A DNA stretch of 64,000 bases from Minisyncoccota bacterium. Lineage in GTDB: Bacteria; Patescibacteriota; Minisyncoccia; Phycocordibacterales; UBA9973. The stretch lies in contig JBAZSZ010000001.1 in the NCBI GenBank assembly GCA_041662205.1, positions 17,973-81,972 of the forward strand, read 5' to 3'. The translations under genes were made by a program, and so were the position numbers. Positions 40,718-53,181 of the stretch are shown piece after piece. Numbering within the stretch: the stretch's first letter is position 1; each line of letters opens with the position of its first letter. The notes beneath the pieces were generated by a model. That model made no database searches and had not been told where the DNA came from. It saw only the letters and a list, made by a program, of their open reading frames with translations.

Positions 40718-43700
40718 ATGCAAAAAGAAATAAGTGTGAATAAGCGTCCGAAAAAGTATTTTAATAGATACAAAAAGCCTTTGGTGGAATTTCCGAATTT
40801 GATTGAAGCTCAATTAAAAAGTTTCAAATGGTTGATAGAGACCGGCATCGGGGAAGTTTTTAAGGAATTTTCTCCAATCATTGATTACTCTGGAAAAAAG
40901 TTTCAATTGGAATTCACGTCTTTCTCTTTGAGTGAATCTAAAGTTGATGAAAATAATTCTAAAATAAATAAACTTTCTTACCAAGGGTTACTAAAGGCGC
41001 GGGTAAAATTGACTAACAAAATTCTCGGCACCGTGAAAGAACAGGAGATTTTTATGTCTGAATTTCCTTTAATGACTTCACATGGAACTTTTATCATCAA
41101 CGGAGTAGAGCGTGTGATCGTGCCTCAATTGGCGCGAAGTTTCGGAGTATTTTTCACAGAATCTGAAAGTAAAGGTAATAAATATTTTGGCGCAAAAATT
41201 ATTCCCGCTCGCGGAGTTTGGATTGAAATAGAATCAGAATCCGATGGAGGAATTTATGTGAGAATAGACAAAAAGAGAAAATTTCCTGCGACAGCCTTAT
41301 TGCGGGTTATGGGTTATGAAACAAATGAAATGATACTGAAAGCATTTGCAGGTAATGCCGTAGCAGAAGAAATAATTAAAACATCTTTAGCAAAAGATGG
41401 AGAAAAAAGTCTAAATGACTCCAGTGTTGAAATTTATAAACGTCTACGAGATGGTGATATGGCCACCGCTGATAATGCTAAAGAATTTATTAATTCTTTA
41501 TTTACAGCAGAACGTTATGACCTTTCTCCTGTAGGACGATTTAGATTCAATCAACGTTTTGAGAAGGGAATGGATGAAGCTGAAATGGCACGCCGAACGA
41601 TTTCTAAAGAAGATTTAATTACAGTCATTTCTCACATTATTCTTTTAAACAACACTCCTCTCTCAAAAGCTGACGATATAGATCATTTAGGTCAAAGACG
41701 AGTGCGTTTTGTTGGAGAAATTCTTCAACAAAAAGTACGTACCGGTATGATGCAGATCAAAAGAAATATTCAAGACCGCATGTCTATTATTGATGTTGAT
41801 ACAGCCATGCCTATTGCTATTATAAATCAGCGACCCCTTCAGGCTCGTATTAAAGAATTTTTCACTACGAACCAACTTTCTCAATTTATGGCGCAGGAAA
41901 ATGTGCTTTGTGAAATGGAACATTTGCGTACGCTTTCAGCTCTGGGGCCCGGAGGACTCACTCGTGAACGTGCAGGCCTAGAAGTGCGTGACGTGCATCC
42001 TTCGCACTACGGAAGAGTATGTCCTATTCACACTCCTGAAGGACCGAACATTGGACTTATTTTACATCTTTCCACTTATGCAAAAATAAATGATTTTGGA
42101 ATTATTGAAACTCCTTATGTAAAAGTCACTAAGGGAAAAATCACTGGCGAAATTGTTTATTTGAATGCACTAGAAGAAGAAAAATATAACATAGCGCATG
42201 CAGGAATTTCTTATGATGTCAGTGGAAAGATTACTGAAGAAAGAGTAGAAGCTAGAATCAAAACAGAACCAGGGACAGTACCTCCAGATCAAGTTGATTT
42301 TATTGACGTTGCTCCGAATCAGGCTTTTTCTATTGCCACTTCGATGGTTCCATTTTTGGAACATAATAATGCGAACCGTGCACTCATGGGAAGTAACATG
42401 CAGAAACAGGCTGTACCTTGCGTCTTGCCGGAAATGCCGCTGGTCGCTACAGGGGTTGAAGAATTAGCAGCGCGAGATTCTGGTAGATTAGTCATAGCTT
42501 CCGAGGAAGGTGTTGTCTCTTATTTAGATGCTAAAAAAATAGTTGTTAAAGGTAAAACTGAAAAAACTTATACCTTGATTAATTTTTTAAGAAATAATAA
42601 TTTTGCTGTATTTCATCAGCGCCCACTTGTAAATGTCGGTGATAAAATAAAAAAGGGTGATGTGCTTGCAGATACGAGCAGTACAGTGAACGGACAAATT
42701 TCAATCGGCCAAAATATTTTTGTGGCTTTCTTGTCTTGGGCTGGATCAACTTACGAAGATGCGATTGTTATTTCTGAACGACTTGTAAAAAAGAGTAAAT
42801 TTACCTCTGTATATGTAGAAGAATTTACTTGTGCTGTTCGTGATACCAAGCTCGGACCCGAAATTACGACCCGTGATATTCCCAATGTCGGCGAGCTTCG
42901 ATTGAAAGATTTGGATGAAGATGGAATTATTCGCATTGGAGCGGAAGTAAGAGAGAATGATATTTTGGTTGGTAAGATTACTCCAAAAGGGGAGACGGAA
43001 CTTACCCCAGAAGAAAGACTCCTCCGTTCGATTTTTGCTGAAAAAGCGCGCGATGTAAAAGATACTTCTCTTCGTATGGAGCACGGCAAGCGTGGACGTA
43101 TCATCGGGGTAAAGATTTTTTCTCGAAGTTTAGGTCATACGCTTGAAGCAGGCATTATTAAAAAAATAGTGATAGAAGTCGCTCAGATTCGTAATATTTC
43201 AGTAGGGGACAAAATATCAGGAAGACATGGAAACAAAGGAGTTATTTCAACAATTCTTCCAGAAGAAGATATGCCATACATGGCTGATGGTACACCCGTG
43301 GATGTTATTTTATCTCCGCTCGGAGTTCCTTCTCGTATGAACTTGGGACAAATTTTGGAAATTCATTTAGGGATGGCGGCCAACAGCCTTGGTTATCAAG
43401 CAATCGTTCCGCCATTTCTGGGAGCAAAACATGAAGAAATTCAAGAAGAATTAACAAAGGCTGGACTTCCATCCAATGGAAAATTAAAACTTTTTGATGG
43501 ACGAACAGGGGAAGCTTTTGCTCAAGATGTGGCAGTTGGATATATGTATATGTTGAAACTGCATCATATGGTAGAAGACAAGATTCATATGCGTTCAGTG
43601 GGTCCTTACTCTCTCATCACTCAACAACCTCTCGGCGGAAAAGCTCAAGGCGGAGGACAAAGATTTGGAGAAATGGAAGTCTGGGCACTTGAAGGCTATG

Positions 43701-43891
43701 GTGCCGCTTATACTCTCCGTGAAATGCTCACCATTAAATCCGATGACATTCTTGGTCGTTCTGCAGCCTTTGATTCTATTATTAAAAATGAGATCATTAG
43801 ACCACCAAATTCTCCTGCATCCTTTAATGTTTTATTGAATTACTTGCGAGGTCTGGCTCTTGATATAGATTTAAAAAAGGAAAATAAATAA
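40718..43891 (+). CDS. rpoB: RNA polymerase beta subunit
   Basis: INGVERV, RALMGSNMQKQA, GDKISGRHGNKG, GGQRFGEMEVWALE; ATG at 40718 preferred. Confidence 0.97.
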   Translation: MQKEISVNKRPKKYFNRYKKPLVEFPNLIEAQLKSFKWLIETGIGEVFKEFSPIIDYSGKKFQLEFTSFSLSESKVDENNSKINKLSYQGLLKARVKLTNKILGTVKEQEIFMSEFPLMTSHGTFIINGVERVIVPQLARSFGVFFTESESKGNKYFGAKIIPARGVWIEIESESDGGIYVRIDKKRKFPATALLRVMGYETNEMILKAFAGNAVAEEIIKTSLAKDGEKSLNDSSVEIYKRLRDGDMATADNAKEFINSLFTAERYDLSPVGRFRFNQRFEKGMDEAEMARRTISKEDLITVISHIILLNNTPLSKADDIDHLGQRRVRFVGEILQQKVRTGMMQIKRNIQDRMSIIDVDTAMPIAIINQRPLQARIKEFFTTNQLSQFMAQENVLCEMEHLRTLSALGPGGLTRERAGLEVRDVHPSHYGRVCPIHTPEGPNIGLILHLSTYAKINDFGIIETPYVKVTKGKITGEIVYLNALEEEKYNIAHAGISYDVSGKITEERVEARIKTEPGTVPPDQVDFIDVAPNQAFSIATSMVPFLEHNNANRALMGSNMQKQAVPCVLPEMPLVATGVEELAARDSGRLVIASEEGVVSYLDAKKIVVKGKTEKTYTLINFLRNNNFAVFHQRPLVNVGDKIKKGDVLADTSSTVNGQISIGQNIFVAFLSWAGSTYEDAIVISERLVKKSKFTSVYVEEFTCAVRDTKLGPEITTRDIPNVGELRLKDLDEDGIIRIGAEVRENDILVGKITPKGETELTPEERLLRSIFAEKARDVKDTSLRMEHGKRGRIIGVKIFSRSLGHTLEAGIIKKIVIEVAQIRNISVGDKISGRHGNKGVISTILPEEDMPYMADGTPVDVILSPLGVPSRMNLGQILEIHLGMAANSLGYQAIVPPFLGAKHEEIQEELTKAGLPSNGKLKLFDGRTGEAFAQDVAVGYMYMLKLHHMVEDKIHMRSVGPYSLITQQPLGGKAQGGGQRFGEMEVWALEGYGAAYTLREMLTIKSDDILGRSAAFDSIIKNEIIRPPNSPASFNVLLNYLRGLALDIDLKKENK

Positions 43892-43892
43892 T

Positions 43893-46800
43893 ATGAAAAC
43901 TTTAAACACAACTGAATTTGATCAAATTGCTATTAGACTTGCATCTCCAGAGCAGATCAAGGAATGGTCTTTTGGAGAAGTCACTAAGCCGGAAACGATA
44001 AACTATCGCACAGGTAGATCTGAAAGAGGAGGCTTGTTTGATGAGAAAATCTTTGGTCCAGAAAAGGATTATGAATGTTACTGTGGAAAATATCGCCGAA
44101 TTCGTTATAAAGATATTATTTGTGAAAAGTGTGGAGTAGAAGTCACTCGTTCGATAGTGAGAAGAGAACGCATGGGGCATATAGAACTTTCTACTCCAGT
44201 TTCCCATATTTGGTTTTTACGTGGGGTTCCTTCTAGGATGAGTATCCTTTTAAATATATCTGTATCAGATCTTGAAAAGGTAATTTATTTTGCAGGATAT
44301 ATCATCACTAAAGTCCATGAAGAAGAAAAAGAAACTATTCTTTCTGGTTTAGACAAGGAATATAAAACAAAATTAAAAAATTCATCTGATGAGGAAACTC
44401 GAGAGAAATTAAAGACCTTGCTTTCTATCACTAAGAAAGAAATAGGAGAAATTTATGAAGGAAAAGTTTTAAATGAAATTTCTTTTCATCATTATTCTTT
44501 GAAATACGGTACTTGTTTTGAAGCCAATATTGGGGCTGAAGCTATTTATTCTATTTTTAAGAATCTTGATTTAAATAAATTAAAACTTCTTACCGAAAAA
44601 ATGCTTGAAAAGGCCAGTGTAGTTGAAAAAGAGAAATTACAAAAAAGACTTTCTTTGATTCGCGCTATGACTTATGCAGGCATCCGTCCAGAATGGATGT
44701 TTTTGACTGTTATTCCAGTTATCCCTCCAGTTTTGCGTCCGATGGTGGCTTTGGATGGCGGACGTCATGCAACCAGTGATTTAAATGATCTATATCGTCG
44801 GGTGATAAATAGAAATAATCGTTTAAAGAAATTAAAAGAAATCAATGCTCCCGATGTTATTTTAAGAAACGAAAAACGTATTATTCAAGAAGCAGTCGAT
44901 GCTCTTATTGATAACTCAATTGCTAAACAAAATGACTCTGTGGCAATGAGCCAGTCTCAAAAACGTCCTCTCAAATCACTTTCCGATAATCTAAAATCTA
45001 AGCAAGGACTTTTCCGCCAAAATCTTTTGGGAAAACGAGTAGACTACTCAGGCCGTAGTGTTATCGTCGTTGGTCCTGAACTTAAGTTGAATCAATGTGG
45101 ATTACCAAAACACATGGCTCTCGAACTTTTCCGACCATTTGTAATTTCAAAAATTTTACAAGCAGAACTCGCATTTAATATTCGCGGAGCAAATAAACTC
45201 ATAGAGGAACGTTCCGCTGAAGTTTGGGCAATCTTGGAAGAAGTTATTCAGGGTAAATTTGTGCTATTAAACCGTGCTCCTACTTTGCACCGTTTGGGAA
45301 TTCAAGCTTTTAATCCAATTTTGATTGAAGGAAATGCTATTCAAGTTCACCCACTTGTTTGTCAGGCTTTCAACGCAGACTTCGACGGAGATCAGATGGC
45401 TGTGTATGTGCCACTACTCGAGGAAGCTCAATGGGAAGCAAAAGAATTAATGGCATCTAGTAAAAATTTACTTAAACCACAAAACGGAGATCCTATAGTG
45501 AACCCAAGAATGGATATGGTTCTAGGATCATACTGGATGACAAAAGTAGTTGATGGAGAAGAAGGGGAAGGTAAATATTTTTCTAGCCCCAACACCGCTA
45601 TTACTGCTTTTGATTATGGGATCATAACATTACGGGCAAAAATAAAAGTTCTAGCAACTGATACGCATAAATATAAAAGATTCGATGGAGGAGTTTTTGA
45701 AACTTCTGTCGGTAAACTTCTTTTTAACAGCATTTTACCAAATGATTTTTCTTACATCAGTGATGAAATGACTCATGATAGATTATCTGCTCTTTTGGAT
45801 GAGCTGATCATTCATTATGGTGTGGATGATACTCCAGCAATCTTAGATAAGATTAAATCATTCGGTTTCAAATACTCAACTGTTTCTGGTACTACTTGGG
45901 GATTGGACAATATTGCTCTTTCACCTTTGAAGCCTGAAATTATTGCTCAAGGAAAAAAACTTGAAGAAGAAATCTTATCTCAGTGGAGTGATGGTCTTTT
46001 GTCTGAAGAAGAAAAATATCAAAAAATTATTGAAGTTTGGACATTAACAAAGAAGAATTTAGAAAAAGTTTTACCAAAGACTCTTGATAAAAATGGTTCT
46101 GCTTATGATTTATTTACTTCTAAAGCTAGAGGTAATATGGGTTCCTTGACTCAGTTAGTCGGAATGATTGGACTTATTCAAAACAACCAAGGTAAAATTT
46201 TAGAGTTTCCAATTATACCTTCTTATTTTGAAGGTCTTTCCCCAATTGAATATTTCGTTATTACTCATGGTGCTCGTAAGGGAGCATCTGATACTGCTCT
46301 CAACACTGCTAAAGCTGGATATTTGACACGAAGATTGGTGGATGTGGCTCAAGATGTTGTCATTACGGAAGAAGATTGCGGTACCAAAGAAGGTAAAATA
46401 GTCACCAAAGAAAATATTTCAGGAATTGAAATTCCGCTTTCTAAAAATATTCGTGGACGAATTCTAGCTAGAGACTTAAAAGACAAAGATGGAAATGTTG
46501 TTTACAGTAGAGGATTTTTGATCACGAAAGAGGAAGCTTATAACATTGAAGGAGCAGGTTTTACTGAAGTATTTGTACGTTCTCCGCTTACCTGTAAAAC
46601 AGTGCATGGTCTTTGTGTTAATTGTTATGGGCTTGATTTGGGGCGAAATCATTTAGTGGAACTCGGTGAAGCTGTTGGTATTATTGCTGCTCAAGCTATC
46701 GGAGAACCAGGTACTCAGTTGACGCTTCGTACCTTCCATGCTGGAGGTGTGGCTGGAACAGATATCACTACAGGTCTACCACGTGTTGAAGAAATTTTTG

Positions 46801-47513
46801 AAAGACGTATTCCTAAAAATCCTGCTATTATCTCTCTTACTGATGGTGAGGTGATTTCTATTACCAATAAAGAAGGAAAAGAAAATATCAGAGAAAAAGT
46901 AATTAAAGTGTTGTCTGATAGTAAAGTTGATGGCAAACCAAATGAAGTGGAATATATGGTGGCTTTTCGTAGAGTGCCTATTGTGAAAGTCGGAGATTCT
47001 GTAAAAAAAGGACAGCTTTTGACTGACGGATCAGCTGATATTACTGAGATGTTCAAATTAGGAAATAAAGAATTAGTCGAAGAATATATTATTGAGGAAA
47101 TAAATAAAGTTTATGAGCTTCAAAGTGCTTCAATCTCTAGAAAACATACTGAAATTATTATTCGCCAAATGTTTTCTCGTAGAAAAATAAAAGATGCCGG
47201 TGAAACTAATTTCTCTACTGGAGATCTTGTTGAAAATACCGCCTTTATTGAAGAAAATGTTAGAGTAAAAGAAATAAATGGGAAAGAAGCAAAAGCGGAA
47301 ATAGTTGTGCTCGGTATTACTGAAGTTTCTCTGCGTACCAAGAGCTGGCTCTCAGCGGCATCCTTCCAAAACACTAACCGTGTCTTGATAGAAAATGCAA
47401 TCAAAGGCGGAGTAGATTCACTTCGAGGTCTAAAAGAAAATGTTATCATTGGACGCCTAATCCCAGCAGGAACCGGATTCAAGAATAAGCTTTCTGTAAT
47501 AGAAGAAAAATAA
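43893..47513 (+). CDS. rpoC: RNA polymerase beta' subunit
   Basis: [45 protein letters not shown]. Confidence 0.97.
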   Translation: MKTLNTTEFDQIAIRLASPEQIKEWSFGEVTKPETINYRTGRSERGGLFDEKIFGPEKDYECYCGKYRRIRYKDIICEKCGVEVTRSIVRRERMGHIELSTPVSHIWFLRGVPSRMSILLNISVSDLEKVIYFAGYIITKVHEEEKETILSGLDKEYKTKLKNSSDEETREKLKTLLSITKKEIGEIYEGKVLNEISFHHYSLKYGTCFEANIGAEAIYSIFKNLDLNKLKLLTEKMLEKASVVEKEKLQKRLSLIRAMTYAGIRPEWMFLTVIPVIPPVLRPMVALDGGRHATSDLNDLYRRVINRNNRLKKLKEINAPDVILRNEKRIIQEAVDALIDNSIAKQNDSVAMSQSQKRPLKSLSDNLKSKQGLFRQNLLGKRVDYSGRSVIVVGPELKLNQCGLPKHMALELFRPFVISKILQAELAFNIRGANKLIEERSAEVWAILEEVIQGKFVLLNRAPTLHRLGIQAFNPILIEGNAIQVHPLVCQAFNADFDGDQMAVYVPLLEEAQWEAKELMASSKNLLKPQNGDPIVNPRMDMVLGSYWMTKVVDGEEGEGKYFSSPNTAITAFDYGIITLRAKIKVLATDTHKYKRFDGGVFETSVGKLLFNSILPNDFSYISDEMTHDRLSALLDELIIHYGVDDTPAILDKIKSFGFKYSTVSGTTWGLDNIALSPLKPEIIAQGKKLEEEILSQWSDGLLSEEEKYQKIIEVWTLTKKNLEKVLPKTLDKNGSAYDLFTSKARGNMGSLTQLVGMIGLIQNNQGKILEFPIIPSYFEGLSPIEYFVITHGARKGASDTALNTAKAGYLTRRLVDVAQDVVITEEDCGTKEGKIVTKENISGIEIPLSKNIRGRILARDLKDKDGNVVYSRGFLITKEEAYNIEGAGFTEVFVRSPLTCKTVHGLCVNCYGLDLGRNHLVELGEAVGIIAAQAIGEPGTQLTLRTFHAGGVAGTDITTGLPRVEEIFERRIPKNPAIISLTDGEVISITNKEGKENIREKVIKVLSDSKVDGKPNEVEYMVAFRRVPIVKVGDSVKKGQLLTDGSADITEMFKLGNKELVEEYIIEEINKVYELQSASISRKHTEIIIRQMFSRRKIKDAGETNFSTGDLVENTAFIEENVRVKEINGKEAKAEIVVLGITEVSLRTKSWLSAASFQNTNRVLIENAIKGGVDSLRGLKENVIIGRLIPAGTGFKNKLSVIEEK

Positions 47514-47521
47514 TAATATTT

Positions 47522-49258
47522 ATGAATTCTCCTGTTCAACAAATTAAGGAGAAGCTATCAATTGAAGAAGTAGTTTCTTCTTATATCAAGCTTGAAAAGA
47601 TAGGATCAAACCTAAAGGCGAGATGTCCATTTCATAATGAGAAAACCCCCTCCTTTTTTATTTCCCCTGACCGAGGCACTTACTACTGTTTCGGTTGCGG
47701 GGTGAAAGGTGATATTTTTACTTTCGTAGAAGAATTTGAGGGTCTTGATTTTAGAGGAGCGCTTAAATTACTCGCTGGTAGAGCGGGAATTGTTTTAGAG
47801 TCTTATAATTTAAAAGATCAAAAAAAACAGAGTGAAAAGGAAAGGTTGTATAAGGTTATGGAAGAAGCTTCTTTGTTTTTTGAAAAAAATTTAAAAAATA
47901 ATACAGAAGTTTTATCTTATCTTAAATCAAGAGGACTGAATGACGAAAGTATAAAGAATTTTCATATTGGTTTTGTAAAAAATGATTGGAGAGAATTATA
48001 CACACATCTTACGGGAAAAGGTTTTACTGATAACGAATTAGAAAAAGCCGGATTAATAAAGAAAACAGAGAAAGGCTTCTATGATAGATTTCGTGGACGG
48101 ATTATGTTTCCTATTGGAGACTCCAGTGGGCGCATCATTGCTTTTTCTGGTCGTATTTTTGTTGATGACGAAAAATCTGCCAAATATTTAAATAGCCCAG
48201 AGACTACCATCTTTAATAAATCTTCTGTACTTTTTGGTATAGATAAAGCCAAAGAAGCAATTAGGAAAAATGATTTTTCTATTTTAGTTGAAGGCCAAAT
48301 GGATTTAATTTTATCTCATCAAGCAGGATTTAAAAATACAGTGGCTTCGTCTGGAACAGCTATGACTGATTCTATAATATCAAAAGAAAATATTATAAAT
48401 AATCTTGGACTTATTACTAGATTATCAAAAAATATCGTTCTCGCTTATGATGCTGACCGTGCGGGAGTAAATGCGACAAATCGTTTCGCTAAGATTGCAC
48501 TATCTTTAGATATGGATGTAAAAGTGGCGGACATAAAAGATGACATGGATCCAGCAGATTTGATTTCAAAAGTTGGGGTGGATGCGTGGCGTGAAGCAAT
48601 AAGAAATTCAAAACACTTTATTGAATTTATGCTTATGAGAATTTTAAAGGATTCTAATTCTGATAGTAGAAAAGCTGGTAGAGAAATAAAAGAACGTTTG
48701 CTTCCTTTTGTGAATGAGCTAGAAAGTTCGATAGAAAAATCACATTTTATTACATTGATTAGTAATAAAATAGGTATATCTGAAAGTGCTTTGATGGAAG
48801 ATTTAAAAAAGGTAGAACTTGAATTAAAATATGAAAAAGAGGATACAAAAATAGCTAAAGAAAATGTGGAGAAAAAATTAAGGAAAGATCCAATCGAGCG
48901 AAAACTTTTAGGAATAGCTTTTTGGCAAGAAAGTGTTCCAAATAAAAAAATAGACCCAGAATTGATTTTTAAAAAGTTAGAAAAAGCAAAAGAAAATGTT
49001 AGAGAAAAATATAAAGATATAAAAGAAGATTTGATTTATGAAGTAGAAGAATTTTATTCAAATAATGAAAATCTGGAAAAAGATGTGCATGAAATGTTGT
49101 TAAACATCGAAGAAGAGTATTTAAATGAAGAATTGGTAAAACAAATGATGGAATTACAGAATTTAAAAGGCAAAGAAGAAGAGATAGAAATTTTTAAAAA
49201 AATAAATGAGATAAATAAAAGAAAAGAAGATATTAAAAATAGTCGTATAAAAAAATAA
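47522..49258 (+). CDS. dnaG: DNA primase
   Basis: [15 protein letters not shown] zinc finger, [31 protein letters not shown]. Confidence 0.95.
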   Translation: MNSPVQQIKEKLSIEEVVSSYIKLEKIGSNLKARCPFHNEKTPSFFISPDRGTYYCFGCGVKGDIFTFVEEFEGLDFRGALKLLAGRAGIVLESYNLKDQKKQSEKERLYKVMEEASLFFEKNLKNNTEVLSYLKSRGLNDESIKNFHIGFVKNDWRELYTHLTGKGFTDNELEKAGLIKKTEKGFYDRFRGRIMFPIGDSSGRIIAFSGRIFVDDEKSAKYLNSPETTIFNKSSVLFGIDKAKEAIRKNDFSILVEGQMDLILSHQAGFKNTVASSGTAMTDSIISKENIINNLGLITRLSKNIVLAYDADRAGVNATNRFAKIALSLDMDVKVADIKDDMDPADLISKVGVDAWREAIRNSKHFIEFMLMRILKDSNSDSRKAGREIKERLLPFVNELESSIEKSHFITLISNKIGISESALMEDLKKVELELKYEKEDTKIAKENVEKKLRKDPIERKLLGIAFWQESVPNKKIDPELIFKKLEKAKENVREKYKDIKEDLIYEVEEFYSNNENLEKDVHEMLLNIEEEYLNEELVKQMMELQNLKGKEEEIEIFKKINEINKRKEDIKNSRIKK

Positions 49259-49263
49259 ACATT

Positions 49264-50514
49264 ATGAAAAATAAAAAAATAAAGAAAGTAGCAAAAAAGG
49301 TTGTAAAGAAGGTCAAGAAGATCCAGAAAAAGAAAAAGATATCTGCCCGCAAGACTACGCATAGCGCTATCAGCGGTAAAAAAATAGTAAAAAAAGCCAA
49401 GAAAATTATTAAAAAAGAAAAAATAAAAAAATTATCTTTTGCAGAGAAAAAGGCTGAAAAATTGGATGTTTTAGCAAATAGTCTTATTGAGAAAGGAAGA
49501 AAGCGTGGGTTTATTACTTATGATGAAATATTGAAAACTTTTCCTGATATAGAAAATAATATTTTATTTTTAGATGAGCTTTATGAAAAGTTTTCAACAG
49601 CTTCTATTGATGTATTAGAAGGTGGGAATTTGCTCAATTTAGATATTGATTTGAATGATAAGGATTTGAATAAGGGTAATATGCATGATTCTATTCAAAT
49701 GTACTTGAAAGAAATTGGACAATATCCTTTAATTTATGCGAGTGATGAAAAAGATTTAGCTAAAAGGATTGAGCGTGGAGATATTGAAGCAAAGAATCTA
49801 TTGGCGCGCGCGAACTTGCGTTTAGTTGTTTCTATCGCAAAAAAATATGTGGGTAGGTCCGCGAACTTAACTCTACTTGATTTAATTCAAGAAGGAAATC
49901 TTGGGTTATTTAAAGCGGTTGAGAAATTTGATTGGACTAAGGGATATAAATTTTCTACTTATGCGACTTGGTGGATTCGTCAATCTATCACTCGTGCACT
50001 TGCTGATCAGTCTAGAACTATTCGTATTCCAGTGCATATGGTAGAAACAATTTCTAAATATAAACAAACTCATCGCAGGCTTAGTCAGGACCTAGGCAGG
50101 GAACCACTAGCCGAAGAGATTGCGACTGAGATGGGTATTCCGGTTGAAAAAATCCATGTTATTGAAAATATTTCCCAAGATACAGTATCTTTAGAACAGC
50201 CTGTCGGAGATGATGATGATAAATCGACTTTAGAGAATTTTATTCCAGATGACAAGATTTTACGCCCAGATCAAGAGTCTTCTAGGAGGATTCTTTCCGA
50301 CCAGATTCGGGAAGTGCTAGATGAGTTGAATCCTAAAGAGCGCAAAATTTTAGAAATGCGTTATGGTTTGCTCGATGGTATTCAGCACACTCTAGAGAGA
50401 GTAGGGGAAGAGTTTGGAGTAACTCGAGAGCGTATTCGTCAGATTGAAGCGAAGGTCCACGAAAAACTCCGACAACATGAAAAAATCGCTCGTTTGAAAA
50501 ACTATTTTGATTAG
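49264..50514 (+). CDS. rpoD: Primary sigma factor RpoD with Lys-rich N-terminal extension
   Basis: [38 protein letters not shown]. Confidence 0.95.
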   Translation: MKNKKIKKVAKKVVKKVKKIQKKKKISARKTTHSAISGKKIVKKAKKIIKKEKIKKLSFAEKKAEKLDVLANSLIEKGRKRGFITYDEILKTFPDIENNILFLDELYEKFSTASIDVLEGGNLLNLDIDLNDKDLNKGNMHDSIQMYLKEIGQYPLIYASDEKDLAKRIERGDIEAKNLLARANLRLVVSIAKKYVGRSANLTLLDLIQEGNLGLFKAVEKFDWTKGYKFSTYATWWIRQSITRALADQSRTIRIPVHMVETISKYKQTHRRLSQDLGREPLAEEIATEMGIPVEKIHVIENISQDTVSLEQPVGDDDDKSTLENFIPDDKILRPDQESSRRILSDQIREVLDELNPKERKILEMRYGLLDGIQHTLERVGEEFGVTRERIRQIEAKVHEKLRQHEKIARLKNYFD

Positions 50515-50516
50515 TT

Positions 50517-50635
50517 AGAATTAAAATAAAAATACCTTTTTTAGGGTACAGATTTTTTGAAGCTTAAAAAATCCTGAAGTTCTTGGCTCGTCAGCCTCGA
50601 AACCCCCTAAAAAGGTATTTTTTTATTTTAATTCT
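50517..50635. repeat. MITE-like branched inverted-repeat element between convergent rpoD and dsbA
   Basis: ~30-bp arms agaattaaaataaaaataccttttttaggg / ccctaaaaaggtatttttttattttaattct enclosing two inner hairpins. Confidence 0.75.
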
Positions 50636-51402
50636 TATTGTAACGCAACGTCAATCTTTGGTTTTACTGAGCTTAGTGATTCAGCTCCATCGATAGTGCC
50701 TGCGATTTTTCCATCTTTTAAGATAAATCCTTTTGGTGTGCCAGTGACTCCAGCAGTAGCTCCTTCATTTTTAGAATTTATAACAGCTTGGGTGTATTTG
50801 CCACTATCTAAGCATTTATCGAAGTCAGTCGTATTTAGTTTAAGTATTTTTGCAAAAGATTTTAATTTAAGATCTGCGAAGCCTCCTGCGTTCTCTCCAG
50901 CATGATGCCCATAAAGATAGTCATGATATTCCCAAAATTTTCCTTGATCTCCTGCACATCTTGCAGCCTCAGAGGCTTTGACTGATTCTTGACCTAGGAA
51001 AGTAAAGTCTCTATATACTAACAATACTTTTCCATTTTTTACATAATCATTTATGATTGTAGGCATAAAAGGAGTCCAAGTAGGATCATTTTTTCTTAAG
51101 TAATCCATTACCTGTTTCATGGAAGGAGAATCTGTATTTATTCCGGTAACTGCTGCGCAAAATGGGCATTGAAAATCTTCATACATGATTAGAGTGACTT
51201 TTGCATTTGGGTTTCCAAGGGTTCTGTCATCTTTACCGACTGGTGCCAAGGTCGCAGTTGTTACTGGGATTCCATTTTCAATTGGTGTTTTTTGATTTTT
51301 AGCTACAGGTGCCGAGCTACCTTTTAACAAAATTGCTCCAGCTATCAAGACTCCTACGATCATTATTGCGCTAATAATTGATTTTTGATTGTCGTTTTGC
51401 AT
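50635..51402 (-). CDS. DsbA/BdbD-family thiol-disulfide oxidoreductase
   Basis: N-terminal TM, GNPNAKVT, DFQCPFC, GVTGTP. Confidence 0.9.
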   Translation of the reverse strand: MQNDNQKSIISAIMIVGVLIAGAILLKGSSAPVAKNQKTPIENGIPVTTATLAPVGKDDRTLGNPNAKVTLIMYEDFQCPFCAAVTGINTDSPSMKQVMDYLRKNDPTWTPFMPTIINDYVKNGKVLLVYRDFTFLGQESVKASEAARCAGDQGKFWEYHDYLYGHHAGENAGGFADLKLKSFAKILKLNTTDFDKCLDSGKYTQAVINSKNEGATAGVTGTPKGFILKDGKIAGTIDGAESLSSVKPKIDVALQ

Positions 51403-51495
51403 ATAATCTATATATTATAAATTGTAATATACCATTGTAGCATATTTTGTAAAAAGTAGTATAATTGGTGTATTAATAATAATTTTTTAAAATAT

Positions 51496-51789
51496 ATGGA
51501 TATGAATAAATACGGAGGTATGTGTATTTGTTCCAAGATTGGTAAAATTTTACTGATCATCGGAGGTTTGAATTGGGGTTTAGTCGGTGTCGGAATGTTA
51601 ATGGGTAATAGCAGTGAAGCATGGAATGTTGTGAATATGGTTTTTGGTTCTATGCCAACTGTTGAAGCAATAATTTATGTACTTGTAGGTATCGCTGCTC
51701 TTATGAAGATTTTTGGTTGCAGATGTAAGAAAAGTATGGAAGCAGGTGTTGCTTGTTGTGGAACTGAAAAAATGGAAGAAAAGATGTAA
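51496..51789 (+). CDS. DUF378-family membrane protein
   Basis: LLIIGGLNWGLVG, IIYVLVGIAA. Confidence 0.85.
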   Translation: MDMNKYGGMCICSKIGKILLIIGGLNWGLVGVGMLMGNSSEAWNVVNMVFGSMPTVEAIIYVLVGIAALMKIFGCRCKKSMEAGVACCGTEKMEEKM

Positions 51790-51805
51790 TTTATAGACAT
51801 TTTTT

Positions 51806-51841
51806 ACAAAACAAAACCTAATAATTTAGGTTTTGTTTTGT
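51806..51841 (+). terminator. Intrinsic terminator after the DUF378 gene
   Basis: acaaaacaaaacctaa-taat-ttaggttttgttttgt. Confidence 0.7.
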
Positions 51842-51902
51842 TGTGCTTATAAGGATTTTTCGTTTACATTTAGCTCCAAAAATGCTATCTTGATAAGAGC
51901 AT

Positions 51903-53147
51903 ATGATATCAATTTTTGACCTTATATTTTATATTCTGATTTTTTTATCTGTTTATGTACAGGTTTTTTTTCTTGTTACTTTTATTGAGAATAGAAAAAA
52001 AATAGTGATCAGAAATGGAAAAGTGAAACTGGAGACTTATCCAGCTGTAACTATTGTTGTACCTTGTTGGAATGAAGAAAATACAGTTGAGAAAACAGTG
52101 AATTCTGTACTTAATTTAAATTATCCAAAAGATAAGCTCAATATATTTTTGATAGATGATGGTTCCATAGATAATACATTAAACGTAATAAATAAATTTA
52201 AAAATTTTCCAAATATTAAAGTTTTTCACAAAGAAAATGGTGGAAAGTTTACTGCACTTAATTTAGGACTCAAACACTGCGAGACTGATTTTTTTGGTGG
52301 TCTCGATGCTGATTCATTTGCAGATCCTGAATCTCTTGTTCGTATTATGAGTTATTTTGAAAAAGATCCTAGTCTCATGGCAGTTGCTCCATCGGTAATA
52401 ATATCTAACTCAAAAAACATTTTTAAAAAGGCGCAAAAAGCTGAATATAATATGGGTGTTTATTTTAAGAAAATGCTTGGTTTCTTGGGAGCTATCAATG
52501 TCACTCCGGGGCCGATGACTATTTTTAAGAAAAAAGTATTTGATAATTTAGGGGGGTATTGTCATGGTCATAATACAGAAGATATGGAAATTGCTTATCG
52601 TATGCAGAAAAATAACTACAAAATAGAACATTGTAATGATTCTTATATTTATACCAATACACCTAAAACAGCTAAAAAGCTTTATAAACAAAGGTTACGT
52701 TGGATTTATGGTTTTATAAACAATACAATTGATTACCGAAAAGTTTTATTTAGAAAAAAATATGGAAATTTTGCTGTATTCACTTTACCCATGGGGGTTA
52801 TTTCTGTTTTTTCTGTAATCTATCTTTTTAGTAGAATAGTTTATAATTTAGGAAATTTTTTCTATTCAAAAATTATTCAATTAGAAACAGTTGGCTTTAG
52901 TTTCAAAGTAAAAAGTTTTATTTTTGATCCATTTTTTATAAATACTCAATCTTTTATATTTTTAATTTTTTGTATTTATTTTTTAGTAATTCTTGCAATG
53001 ATTTTGGGGCGAAAAATGACTGAAGGAAAGTGGGGTTTGTCTCTTGATATGTTTTATTTTTTCCCAATTTTTACTATTATTGCTCCGTTTTGGCTCATGA
53101 AAGCAGTTTATAATACTTTTTTACAAAGAAAGCCCGCCTGGAGATAG
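51903..53147 (+). CDS. Processive GT2 glycosyltransferase (PgaC/IcaA-like)
   Basis: VPCWNEE, DDGS, DAD, TEDME, QRLRW; flanking TM helices. Confidence 0.88.
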   Translation: MISIFDLIFYILIFLSVYVQVFFLVTFIENRKKIVIRNGKVKLETYPAVTIVVPCWNEENTVEKTVNSVLNLNYPKDKLNIFLIDDGSIDNTLNVINKFKNFPNIKVFHKENGGKFTALNLGLKHCETDFFGGLDADSFADPESLVRIMSYFEKDPSLMAVAPSVIISNSKNIFKKAQKAEYNMGVYFKKMLGFLGAINVTPGPMTIFKKKVFDNLGGYCHGHNTEDMEIAYRMQKNNYKIEHCNDSYIYTNTPKTAKKLYKQRLRWIYGFINNTIDYRKVLFRKKYGNFAVFTLPMGVISVFSVIYLFSRIVYNLGNFFYSKIIQLETVGFSFKVKSFIFDPFFINTQSFIFLIFCIYFLVILAMILGRKMTEGKWGLSLDMFYFFPIFTIIAPFWLMKAVYNTFLQRKPAWR

Positions 53148-53181
53148 GATTAATTAAAAATTATTAATTACGAATTAAATT

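Noticed and set aside
50575-50604. Hammerhead-like words (CTGACGAG on the minus strand, CGAAAC on the plus strand)
   Set aside because: The two core motifs are on opposite strands and no three-stem hammerhead can be built; it is a simple ggc/gcc hairpin.
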